Positions 10,832 through 19,143 of a stretch of 22,451 nucleotides of DNA are shown in pieces (position 1 is the stretch's first letter; the number at the start of each line of letters is the position of its first letter). The stretch is from Nitrospirota bacterium (lineage in GTDB: Bacteria; Nitrospirota; Thermodesulfovibrionia; Thermodesulfovibrionales; Dissulfurispiraceae). The DNA lies in the NCBI GenBank assembly GCA_040754455.1, contig JBFMCP010000043.1, forward strand, positions 1-22,451, in the 5' to 3' direction. Made by a program: the position numbers and the translations under genes. Under the pieces are notes generated by a model, which was not told the DNA's origin, did no database searches, and saw only the letters and a program-made list of their open reading frames with translations.

Positions 10832-10868
10832 TGCTGTTTAATTCTGAATGCTGACTTTTGTATTCTGA
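10789..10868. repeat. Inverted heptamer arrays between convergent LOG and trpD (possible bidirectional terminator)
   Basis: ATTCAGG AGTCAGG ATCCAGG ATCCAGA (10790-10817) faces ATTCTGA ATGCTGA CTTTTGT ATTCTGA (10841-10868). The 24-nt arms pair at 18 positions, plus 3 G-U pairs. Confidence 0.65.
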
Positions 10869-10871
10869 TGT

Positions 10872-11882
10872 TTAGAGAGAATTGGTGACTCTCTTCACTT
10901 CCTCGAGCTTCTGCAGCGCCTTTTTCGAATCGATCGCCTCTGCAGCCATATCAAGACCTGTAGAAAACTCCTCGGTAATGCCGCTCACCATGAGGGCGGC
11001 TGTTGCATTCAGCAGCACGATATCGCGCCGGGGGCCATCCTTGCCATTGAGGATGGAGAGCGCGATGCGGGCATTCTCTTCTTTGGTGCCACCGACGATC
11101 TCCCGCGTGTCGGCTCTCTTGAACCCGTAATCTTCGGGCGTTATGTAGGATGTCTCCACCGCTTTATTCCGGTACCGCGATATCCTCGTCCCGTCACATA
11201 CGGTGATCTCGTCAAGGCCGTCCGCTCCATGGACCACCATGGCATCGACGGCGCCGAGGTTGCCGAGCACCGAGGCGAGCAGATCGGTCAACCTGCTCGC
11301 AAAAACACCGAGGACCTGGCGCTTCGCACTTGCCGGATTGGTGAGGGGGCCGAGGATATTGAAGATCGTCCGCACGCCGATCTCGCGGCGCGGGCCGATG
11401 GCGTACTTCATGGCAGGATGGAAGAGCGGCGCAAAGAGGAACCCGAAGTTCGTTTCGAAGAGACACTTTTCCACTTTCTCGGGAGGAAGATCTATTTTCA
11501 CGCCCAATGCTTCGAGGACATCGGTGCTTCCGGACAGGCTCGAGACCGAGCGGTTTCCGTGTTTTGCCACAGGCACTCCCAATGCAGCAACGACGAATGC
11601 AACGACAGTAGAAATGTTAAAGGTATTGGACATGTCGCCGCCGGTGCCGCAGGTATCGATGACCCCTTCGGGGGCCTTGATCTTGGTCGCCTTCTCCCGC
11701 ATGACCCGCGCAGCGCCGGTGATCTCATCGATGGTTTCACCCTTTATCCTGAGCGCGGTGAGGAAGGCGCCGATCTGCGCATCCGTTGCCCTGCCCTCCA
11801 TGATCTCGGTCATGCACTCCGCCATCTCTTCTTCGGAGAGGCTTATATTCTGGATCAAAAGATTGATGGCTTCCTTTATCAC
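10872..11882 (-). CDS. trpD: Anthranilate phosphoribosyltransferase
   Basis: Motifs [24 protein letters not shown] and [13 protein letters not shown]. The GTG start overlaps the trpG stop (GTGA). Confidence 0.97.
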   Translation of the reverse strand: MIKEAINLLIQNISLSEEEMAECMTEIMEGRATDAQIGAFLTALRIKGETIDEITGAARVMREKATKIKAPEGVIDTCGTGGDMSNTFNISTVVAFVVAALGVPVAKHGNRSVSSLSGSTDVLEALGVKIDLPPEKVEKCLFETNFGFLFAPLFHPAMKYAIGPRREIGVRTIFNILGPLTNPASAKRQVLGVFASRLTDLLASVLGNLGAVDAMVVHGADGLDEITVCDGTRISRYRNKAVETSYITPEDYGFKRADTREIVGGTKEENARIALSILNGKDGPRRDIVLLNATAALMVSGITEEFSTGLDMAAEAIDSKKALQKLEEVKRVTNSL

Positions 11883-12454
11883 CGGGGACCTCCAAGGGTG
11901 AGGAAGTTTCTGAGGAGGTCCTTGCCTGCGGTGGTGAGGATGGATTCGGGATGGAACTGGACCCCTTCGATAATGAACTCTTTATGCCGGACCCCCATGA
12001 TAATGCCGTCTGCTGTCCAGGCAGTGACCTCGAGGCAGTCGGGAAGGGACTCTTTACGGATCACGAGCGAGTGGTACCGGGTAGCCTCGAAGGGATTAGG
12101 AAGGTTGTGAAAAATAGTTTTGCCATCATGGTGGATGACGGACGTCTTTCCGTGCATGAGATAGGGCGCCCGTATGATCTCCCCGCCGAAGGCGGCGCCG
12201 ATGGATTGATGGCCGAGACAGACCCCTAGGAGGGGTATCTTTCCACCGAAGTGCTTGATCACATCGATGGAGATACCGGCCTCTTTCGGTGTGCAGGGGC
12301 CGGGAGAGATAACGATCCGGTCAGGGTCTAATGTCTCAATTTCCCGAAGGGTGATCTTATCGTTCCTGTATACCCTGACATCCTCTCCCAGTTCGCCCAG
12401 GTACTGGACGATATTATAGGTGAAGGAATCATAGTTGTCGATCATCAGAAGCAT
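11879..12454 (-). CDS. trpG: Anthranilate synthase component II (glutamine amidotransferase)
   Basis: Motifs [30 protein letters not shown] and QFHPES; lies between trpE and trpD. Confidence 0.95.
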   Translation of the reverse strand: MLLMIDNYDSFTYNIVQYLGELGEDVRVYRNDKITLREIETLDPDRIVISPGPCTPKEAGISIDVIKHFGGKIPLLGVCLGHQSIGAAFGGEIIRAPYLMHGKTSVIHHDGKTIFHNLPNPFEATRYHSLVIRKESLPDCLEVTAWTADGIIMGVRHKEFIIEGVQFHPESILTTAGKDLLRNFLTLGGPR

Positions 12455-12459
12455 CTGCG

Positions 12460-13983
12460 CTACTCCCCTGGCACCTTCTCGAAGAAGTCCACGGCCTTCA
12501 TCATCGCCGTGGCTTTGTTCACCGTTTCTGTATATTCGTTTTCAGGGACCGAATCAGCAACAATGCCTGCTCCGGCCTGTACATATATTCTACCATTCTT
12601 TATAATGAGCGTCCTAATGGTGATGCAGACGTCCATATTCCCGGTGTAGCTGAAGTATCCTACCGATCCCGCATAGGGCCCCCGCTTTGTCGGCTCGAGT
12701 TCCTCGATGATCTCCATGGCCTTTACCTTCGGTGCGCCGCTCACGGTGCCGGCAGGGAAGCAGGCCCTGAAGACATCGAAGGCGTCGAGTTCTTTTCTCT
12801 TGATGCCCTCAACATTCGAAACGAGGTGCATCACGTGGCTGTAGCGCTCCACCTTCATGAGTTCGGTGACTTTTACCGAGCCGATCTCCGCAACCCTGCC
12901 GACATCGTTTCTGCCCAGGTCGACGAGCATGATGTGCTCCGCTACCTCTTTGGGATCTTTTTTAAGATCTTCCTCAAGCGCCTTATCCTCTTCTTCCGTA
13001 GCGCCTCTCTTCCGCGTCCCCGCGATGGGCCTGAGCGTTATGGTATCCTCTTCGAGCCGCACCAGTATCTCCGGCGAGGAGCCGACCAGCTGGGCATCGC
13101 CGGTATCGAGGTAGTACATATAGGGAGAAGGATTGATCACCCTCAGGGCGCGGTAGATCTCAAAGGGGTGGGTGGTCGCCGCGGCCTCGAAGCGCTGGGA
13201 AAGAACGACCTGTACGATATCTCCGGCAAGCACGTACTCTTTGGACCGTTCGACCGCCTTCAGAAAGTCCTCTTTCCTGAAGTTTGATGAAAATGCAGCA
13301 GGGGCGAGGGGTGAGGGGCGAGGGGCAAGGACTCTGTGACCTGCGATTTTCGCTCCCAGATTCTTTTTTAGTTCGTCTATAACTCTATCTATTTTTCTTC
13401 CGGCCCCCTCATAGGCCTCCTTGATATCCTTGCCGTCGATGTGCACATTCGAAACGACCTTGATGGTCTGTTTCAGGTTATCGAAGATGAGGAGGGTGTC
13501 GGTGAGCATGAGAAAGATATCGGGCATATCGAGTGCAGGCTTCTGCAGGTCGGGGACGCGCTCGAAAAACTTTACGACATCATACCCGATGTAGCCGACA
13601 AGACCGCCCGAGAACCGGGGAAGCCCCTTGATCTCAACAGGCCTGAATTGGGAAAGAATATCTTTAATAATAACAAGCGGGTCTTCTGATTCTCTATACT
13701 CTGTTTTGGCTCCTGGCTTCCGGCTCTTGCCCCCTGCATTGCAGGCTATTTCCGCTTTTCTGCCATGGCAGGTGATGGTCAGCGCCGGTTCGATGCCGAG
13801 AAAGGAATAGCGCGCCCACTTTTCCCCGCCTGATACGCTTTCGAGCAAAAAGGACGGCTTTTTGTTCAGCTTGAGAAACGCGCTCACCGGCGTCTCGCTG
13901 TCGCCGAGTATCTCCTTATAGACAGGGATGAGATTGCCCTTCCGTGAAAGCTCCTTGAACTCGTTAAAATCAGGGTATAGCAT
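12460..13983 (-). CDS. trpE: Anthranilate synthase component I
   Basis: Motifs [51 protein letters not shown] and [11 protein letters not shown]. Confidence 0.96.
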   Translation of the reverse strand: MLYPDFNEFKELSRKGNLIPVYKEILGDSETPVSAFLKLNKKPSFLLESVSGGEKWARYSFLGIEPALTITCHGRKAEIACNAGGKSRKPGAKTEYRESEDPLVIIKDILSQFRPVEIKGLPRFSGGLVGYIGYDVVKFFERVPDLQKPALDMPDIFLMLTDTLLIFDNLKQTIKVVSNVHIDGKDIKEAYEGAGRKIDRVIDELKKNLGAKIAGHRVLAPRPSPLAPAAFSSNFRKEDFLKAVERSKEYVLAGDIVQVVLSQRFEAAATTHPFEIYRALRVINPSPYMYYLDTGDAQLVGSSPEILVRLEEDTITLRPIAGTRKRGATEEEDKALEEDLKKDPKEVAEHIMLVDLGRNDVGRVAEIGSVKVTELMKVERYSHVMHLVSNVEGIKRKELDAFDVFRACFPAGTVSGAPKVKAMEIIEELEPTKRGPYAGSVGYFSYTGNMDVCITIRTLIIKNGRIYVQAGAGIVADSVPENEYTETVNKATAMMKAVDFFEKVPGE

Positions 13984-14053
13984 TTTTGTTGTAACGTCCC
14001 GCTTAGCTACAAAAAATTAGAATAACACAATTCAGAGTTAATTTTCTCTTGAC

Positions 14054-14186
14054 TATCAGCCATCAGCGGTCAGCAAAAATAGCCGTCAGCTGTCGGCCTT
14101 CAGCATGTTTTTGAAAGGCTTTTGTGTGGATGTTGTTTCTCTTTGTCCTTTGCTGATTGCTGAAAGCTGACCGCTGATGGCTGAAT
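14054..14186. repeat. Inverted arrays of NNTCAGC / GCTGANN heptamers in the divergent trpE-rfaH spacer
   Basis: Six units lie at 14054-14104 and five complementary units at 14152-14186. They include a perfect 19-bp inverted repeat, TCAGCCATCAGCGGTCAGC (14056-14074) / GCTGACCGCTGATGGCTGA (14166-14184). Confidence 0.85.
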
Positions 14187-14247
14187 CATGAGCGCAAAAG
14201 CACGGGATGTGATAGAATTTATAGGTACGTAGCTGAAAGGGTGACCG

Positions 14248-14748
14248 ATGCACTGGTATGCGGTTTATACAAAACAGAGGCAGGAAGAGAGAGTAGAAGA
14301 GAACCTTTCACGTGCTTCACTCGAAGTCTTTAGTCCCAAGCTGAAACGAAAAAAACTCATCCGCGGCACATATGAGCAGGTGGTGCAACCTCTTTTCCCC
14401 TGCTACATCTTTGTCCGGTTTGACATGGACAAGCACTATCATATGATCAAATACACGCGGGGTGTGAGGGGGATTATCGGCAATCCCGGCTCCCCCTGGC
14501 CGGTGGGCGAAGACATCATCGGCATTATCAGATCGAGAATGAACGAAGAGGGTCTCATTGTCATCAAGCCGGACATCAGGCTGGGGGACAGTGTCGAGAT
14601 TACCGAAGGCCCGCTCAAAGGATTCATCGGGATATTCGAAAAAGAGATGAACGACAGAGACCGCGTTATTGTCCTTCTGAATACTATCGAATATCAGGCG
14701 CGCGTCGAGATCGAGAAGGAATTCCTCAGGAAAAAAGAGGTGCAGTGA
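14248..14748 (+). CDS. rfaH: NusG-paralog antiterminator, RfaH-like
   Basis: NGN domain (WYAVYTK..QE, PLFPCYIFVRF, IKYTRGVRGII) and KOW domain (GDSVEITEGPLKGFIGIF, RVIVLLN). It sits at the head of a polysaccharide locus with an ops site downstream. Subfamily assignment is inference. Confidence 0.85.
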   Translation: MHWYAVYTKQRQEERVEENLSRASLEVFSPKLKRKKLIRGTYEQVVQPLFPCYIFVRFDMDKHYHMIKYTRGVRGIIGNPGSPWPVGEDIIGIIRSRMNEEGLIVIKPDIRLGDSVEITEGPLKGFIGIFEKEMNDRDRVIVLLNTIEYQARVEIEKEFLRKKEVQ

Positions 14749-14930
14749 GGATACAATGACATCGCTGAGTCCTGATAGGAAATGCTTTTTATTAGGTCCG
14801 GTTCAAGTGGATGGGAATATATATTTTATGCTAATCTACTACTTACTTCTTATCCGGCTGTCGACCTTGGCTTTTTACGGGGGGATTGATCATTGTGCAG
14901 TGCCTTTTGCATGCCCGTCCGGACATGAAT

Positions 14931-14942
14931 GGCGGTAGCCTG
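14931..14942 (+). promoter_or_regulatory. ops (operon polarity suppressor) element
   Basis: GGCGGTAGCCTG equals the consensus GGCGGTAGnnTG. It is on the non-template strand, 49 nt before the epimerase ATG, and is preceded by CAGTG (14898) and a small CATG-CCCG/CGGA-CATG hairpin, reminiscent of JUMPStart. Confidence 0.85.
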
Positions 14943-14991
14943 TCTTTTTTCCCCTTTGAGGGAATCACAATAACTTCACGGAGATAGCGGA

Positions 14992-15963
14992 ATGGGTACC
15001 ATTATAGTCACCGGTGCAGCAGGATTCATCGGTTCGAAGACCGCGTTACAGCTGCTTGGCGAGGGCAGACCGGTGATCGGCATCGATAACATGAATGATT
15101 ACTACGATGTGTCGGTGAAGGCGCATCGTTTGGAAGAGCTGAAAAGGCACGAGGGCTTCACCTTCTATCAGACCGATATAGAGAGCCTTGATGCGCTGGA
15201 CGCCATCTTCCGCGCGAATGCTATAGAGGCGGTCATCAATCTTGCCGCCCGCGCAGGCGTACGCTACAGCATCGAGAATCCGCATGTCTACATGAGCACC
15301 AATGCGCAGGGCACCCTGAATCTCCTCGAGATGATGAGAAAGTATCAGGTGAACAAAATGGTGCTTGCCTCCACCTCTTCCCTCTATACAGGACAGAAGA
15401 TGCCTTTTACCGAAGACCTTCCGGTGAATACTCCTATTTCTCCGTATGCCGCATCAAAAAAGGCGGCGGAGGTGATGGCCTATTCCTATCGCTACCTCTT
15501 CGGGCTCGATATCTCGGTGCTGAGGTACTTCACCGTGTACGGTCCGGCAGGCAGACCGGACATGAGCATCTTCAGGTTCATCAAGTGGATCGACGATGGA
15601 ACCCCGATAGAACTCTTCGGCGACGGCTCGCAGAGCAGAGATTTCACCTATATCGATGATATCGCGGACGGCACCATTAAGGCGCTCAAAGAGGTGGGCT
15701 ACGAAATCATCAATCTCGGTGGCGGGAAAGAGCCGAAATCACTGAACTATGTTATCGGCAAGCTCGAAGAGTATCTCGGGAAAAAGGCCCGGATAGATTA
15801 CAAGCCCTTTCACAAGGCTGATATGACTGAAACGAGCGCCGACGTCACCAAAGCGGAAAAGCTTCTCGGCTGGAAGGCGAAGGTCGATCTCGATGAAGGC
15901 CTCAGGAATTCGGTGGAGTGGTATCTCCGGAACAAAAGCTGGGTAAAGGACGTGAAACTGTAA
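14992..15963 (+). CDS. NAD-dependent nucleotide-sugar epimerase (UDP-glucuronate 4-epimerase-like)
   Basis: Motifs TGAAGFIG, DNMNDYYD, NLAARAGVRYS, YAASK (YxxxK), LRYFTVYGPAGRPDM and RDFTYIDDI. Confidence 0.92.
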   Translation: MGTIIVTGAAGFIGSKTALQLLGEGRPVIGIDNMNDYYDVSVKAHRLEELKRHEGFTFYQTDIESLDALDAIFRANAIEAVINLAARAGVRYSIENPHVYMSTNAQGTLNLLEMMRKYQVNKMVLASTSSLYTGQKMPFTEDLPVNTPISPYAASKKAAEVMAYSYRYLFGLDISVLRYFTVYGPAGRPDMSIFRFIKWIDDGTPIELFGDGSQSRDFTYIDDIADGTIKALKEVGYEIINLGGGKEPKSLNYVIGKLEEYLGKKARIDYKPFHKADMTETSADVTKAEKLLGWKAKVDLDEGLRNSVEWYLRNKSWVKDVKL

Positions 15964-15979
15964 TCATTGAGGACTTGAT

Positions 15980-17305
15980 ATGAAACTCTCGATTATCGGT
16001 ACTGGATACGTAGGACTCGTCACCGGGACGTGCATGGCCCAGATGGGCAATAACGTCATCTGCGTTGATGTGGACGAAAATAAGATAGAGCGCCTCAATA
16101 AAGGAATCATTCCGATTTATGAGCCGGGGCTTGAAGCGCTGGTCCACGAGAATTTCAAGATGGGGACACTGCGGTTTACCACCGATATCAAAGAGGCACT
16201 GGATCACAGCGAGATCTGCTGTATCGCCGTCGGCACCCCGATGGGGGAGGACGGCAGCGCCGACCTGCAGTATGTGCTGCAGGTGGCACGGGATATCGGA
16301 AAGAATATGTCGCACTACCTTATAGTTGTGGACAAGTCGACCGTTCCCGTCGGCACTGCCGATAAGGTAAAGGCAGCTATTCAAGAGGAACTCGACAAGA
16401 GGGGTGTCGATATTCCCTTTGATGTCGTCTCCAACCCCGAATTCCTCAAGGAGGGCGCAGCGATTGACGACTTTATGAAGCCTGACCGTGTGGTCGTCGG
16501 CGCAGACAGCCCCCAGGCACTCGAAAAGATAAAAGAGCTCTATGCGCCGTTTACCATGAATCACGAGCGGTTCATTGCCATGGATGTCAAAAGCGCTGAA
16601 ATGACGAAGTACGCTGCCAACGCAATGCTCGCCACCAAGATATCCTTCATGAATGAGATCGCCAATATCTGCGAGCGCGTCGGCGCGGATGTCAACAAAG
16701 TCCGCAGGGGGATCGGGAGCGACAGCAGGATCGGCTACAGCTTTATCTATCCCGGCTGCGGCTTCGGCGGGAGCTGCTTCCCCAAGGACGTGAGGGCGCT
16801 GGAGCGGCTGGCCGTGGAGAGCGGTTATACGCCGAAGATGCTCAGGGCGGTGCAGGAGGTGAACGAAGCCCAGAAGCTGGTGCTTGCGCAGAAGGTCGTG
16901 AAGCGGTTCGGCGAGGCGCTGAAAGGGCATACCTTTGCCGTATGGGGCCTCTCTTTCAAGCCTGAAACGGACGATACGAGAGAGGCATCGAGCATCACCA
17001 TCATTAATGAGCTCACCAAACGCGGCGCAAAGATAAAAGCGTATGACCCCAAAGCGATAGAAATGGCGAGGGACTTCTATCTCAAAGACAATAAAAACAT
17101 TGAATATGTGGACTCAAAATACACTGCTCTCACCGGTGCTGATGCATTGCTGCTCATTACCGAATGGAAAGAGTTCAGGAGCCCCGACTTCGATGAAATC
17201 GCGAAACGGCTCAAAAACAGAATCATCTTTGATGGCCGGAATCAATATAATAGAGAGCGGCTGCATGAGATGGGGTTTGAGTACTATCAGATAGGAGTAG
17301 GGTAA
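15980..17305 (+). CDS. ugd: UDP-glucose 6-dehydrogenase
   Basis: Motifs [38 protein letters not shown] (catalytic Cys), FKPETDD.RE and DGRN. Confidence 0.95.
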   Translation: MKLSIIGTGYVGLVTGTCMAQMGNNVICVDVDENKIERLNKGIIPIYEPGLEALVHENFKMGTLRFTTDIKEALDHSEICCIAVGTPMGEDGSADLQYVLQVARDIGKNMSHYLIVVDKSTVPVGTADKVKAAIQEELDKRGVDIPFDVVSNPEFLKEGAAIDDFMKPDRVVVGADSPQALEKIKELYAPFTMNHERFIAMDVKSAEMTKYAANAMLATKISFMNEIANICERVGADVNKVRRGIGSDSRIGYSFIYPGCGFGGSCFPKDVRALERLAVESGYTPKMLRAVQEVNEAQKLVLAQKVVKRFGEALKGHTFAVWGLSFKPETDDTREASSITIINELTKRGAKIKAYDPKAIEMARDFYLKDNKNIEYVDSKYTALTGADALLLITEWKEFRSPDFDEIAKRLKNRIIFDGRNQYNRERLHEMGFEYYQIGVG

Positions 17306-17333
17306 ACGGGAATAAAGGAAAGGGGACTCTTTT

Positions 17334-17744
17334 ATGGATGAGCAGCTTTTAGCAAAATTGATAAGAGATGCGATCGGGAATGAACTCAAGGCCATGCGGC
17401 AAGAGATGGCGACGAAGGACGACCTGAAGGCATTTGCGACGAAGGAGGACTTCCTTGAATTTGAGGGGCGTTTAAGTTCTACCATTGAGAGAATCAGGGA
17501 GGGCGTAAGGCTTTCTCTTATCGAGGTTGAACGGGAAGTAAGGGATATAAAAAGCAAATTGAGATTTTATGACTTTGATTACATAGCAAGGCAGAATGAT
17601 GCAATGATAAAGATTCTGAAGGATCTTTATGAAGAAAAGACCCTTGTGGCAGGACGGTTGAGGGATCACGAAAGCAGGATCGAGGCGCTGGAAAAAATAG
17701 GAGAGCAGGGTCACCCGGCAGCAGGTCAAGGGAATCGGTATTAA
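17334..17744 (+). CDS. Hypothetical coiled-coil protein with ATK(D/E)D repeats
   Basis: A 136-aa ORF with a purine-rich Shine-Dalgarno site and heptad character. It contains a duplicated 27-nt unit (17409-17462) encoding ATKDDLKAF/ATKEDFLEF. Confidence 0.7.
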   Translation: MDEQLLAKLIRDAIGNELKAMRQEMATKDDLKAFATKEDFLEFEGRLSSTIERIREGVRLSLIEVEREVRDIKSKLRFYDFDYIARQNDAMIKILKDLYEEKTLVAGRLRDHESRIEALEKIGEQGHPAAGQGNRY

Positions 17745-17747
17745 ACT

Positions 17748-18121
17748 ATGCCTGCAGTATCGCACTATAAGAAGTATTGGGATGAGAAAGAGGCCAGGGA
17801 TAAAAGGGCCCGAGAGCGCCTGCGTCAAAAGGCGATCCGGAGTGCAAAGCGATTGGCGAAAATACTGGCTGAAGAATTCCTGGTGAAGAAGGCAGTTTTG
17901 TTCGGCTCTGCTTTGAAAAAAGGGAGCTTCAAAGAGGATTCGGACATTGACATTGCAGTCGAAGGTCTTCCCAAAGAAGCTTACTTCACTGCATTGGCAA
18001 GGCTGACGATGGAGAGAGCCCGTTTGAAGTAGATCTGCAACCGTTAGAAGATGTAGACGATCTCCTCAAGAAGAACATTGCAAGGGGGAGAGTCCTGTAT
18101 GAGAAAAGAGCATTTTCCTGA
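17748..18121 (+). pseudogene. Frameshifted minimal nucleotidyltransferase (MNT antitoxin)
   Basis: Motif LFGS...DSDIDIAVEG. The ORF stops at 18032, but removing one GA from GAGAGAG (18012-18018) restores MESPFEVDLQPLEDVDDLLKKNIARGRVLYEKRAFS* ending at 18121, a typical MNT C-terminus. Confidence 0.85.
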
Positions 18122-18140
18122 TTTAGGGCAGTGAGAAAAA

Positions 18141-18527
18141 GTGAAAGAAAATAGACGACTAAATCCTATTTTCAGAGCATATCCAGAGATAAAGCTGGCA
18201 TATCTTTTCGGCTCACGGGCGTCCGGCAAAGAGTCCCCTTTAAGCGACTATGATTTTGCCGTTTATCTTGATACGAAGGATAAGAAAAGAATGTATGAAA
18301 TCAAATTCGAGTTGTTCGACAGGATAAGTCGTCTATTAAAGACAGACAAAGTTGATATTGTCATTTTAAATTTAACAGAGACACCGGAATTGAAATATCT
18401 GATTATCAGTGAGGGCAGGTTGATCTTTGAAAGGGAGCCCTTCAAGGTTATTGTTGAGCCTAAGATTCTCAATGAATATTTTGACTTTCAAAGGCTTTTG
18501 CTCAGATATAATTTGACTAGGGCATAA
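18141..18527 (+). CDS. mntA: MNT antitoxin (adenylyltransferase) of a type VII toxin-antitoxin system
   Basis: LAYLFGSRASGKESPLSDYDFAV (GSx10DxD), VDIVILN and EGRLIFE; GTG start; lies directly upstream of a HEPN gene. Confidence 0.9.
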   Translation: MKENRRLNPIFRAYPEIKLAYLFGSRASGKESPLSDYDFAVYLDTKDKKRMYEIKFELFDRISRLLKTDKVDIVILNLTETPELKYLIISEGRLIFEREPFKVIVEPKILNEYFDFQRLLLRYNLTRA

Positions 18528-18528
18528 A

Positions 18529-18951
18529 GTGAGCAATCTGAAGGTAATCGAAAACAAAAAAAGCGCTGTCCGGAAATATCTAAAAATATTGCAAAGATAC
18601 CGGAATCGTTCAAAGAAGGAGATCGAAGGCAATATAGATATAAAAGGGGCAGTGGAAAGGTATCTGTATCTCGCGGTCCAATCAACAATAGATTTAGCAG
18701 AGGCGATAATTGCCTATAAAAACTTCAGAAAGCCCACGACGATGAGCGAAGCTTTTTATATATTGAATGAAGAGGATTTTATCTCCGACAAACTGGTAGG
18801 CAGGCTGGCCAAGATGGTCGGATTTAGAAATATAGTTGCCCACGATTACGAAAAGATAGACTATGATATTGTCCTTGATGTTCTGCAGAACAAATTAAAA
18901 GATATTGAGACATTTCTGAAAGAAATATCAAAGAAATTGAAGCTCGCGTAA
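18529..18951 (+). CDS. hepT: HEPN (DUF86/HepT-like) RNase toxin
   Basis: AVERYLYLAVQSTIDLA and GFRNIVAHDY (Rx4HxY); GTG start 1 nt after the MNT stop. Confidence 0.9.
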   Translation: MSNLKVIENKKSAVRKYLKILQRYRNRSKKEIEGNIDIKGAVERYLYLAVQSTIDLAEAIIAYKNFRKPTTMSEAFYILNEEDFISDKLVGRLAKMVGFRNIVAHDYEKIDYDIVLDVLQNKLKDIETFLKEISKKLKLA

Positions 18952-18974
18952 GTAATGTCAAAATAAACAAAGGG

Positions 18975-19000
18975 AATGTCAAGAATCAAGACCTGACCCC
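18975..19000 (+). repeat. 26-bp direct repeat, copy 1
   Basis: AATGTCAAGAATCAAGACCTGACCCC, identical to 20103-20128. Confidence 0.95.
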
Positions 19001-19030
19001 ATGCGGTTGTTGAAGTCTGAGTTCGAAGGG

Positions 19031-19072
19031 ATGGCTGACTACACACCTGAGCTCAAAGAGATTCTAATTTAA
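19031..19072 (+). pseudogene. 5' stub of a HicA-like toxin gene
   Basis: ATG..TAA encodes MADYTPELKEILI*, resembling the start of a HicA subfamily (MADYTPELK.IL...GC.F.RQGKGDHE) as recalled. It is only 13 aa long. Confidence 0.45.
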
Positions 19073-19143
19073 ACTCAACCCAAATGCATATATGCAAGCC
19101 TGACCCCAAAACTGAGTGAGAAAAATGATGCAGGAGGAATGTA

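Noticed and set aside
14054..14186. CRISPR array
   Set aside because: The units are 7-nt tandem repeats without unique spacers, and no cas genes are present. The same applies to the 15-bp wzz repeat and the two-copy 26-bp repeat.
13984..14247. trp attenuator or leader peptide
   Set aside because: No short Trp-codon-rich ORF or terminator/antiterminator pair was found upstream of trpE.
14756..14938. 60-aa ORF between rfaH and the epimerase
   Set aside because: It has no recognisable features and overlaps the ops leader. It is probably non-coding, although a leader peptide cannot be excluded.
15902..16930. 342-aa minus-strand ORF
   Set aside because: It is the antisense shadow of ugd.
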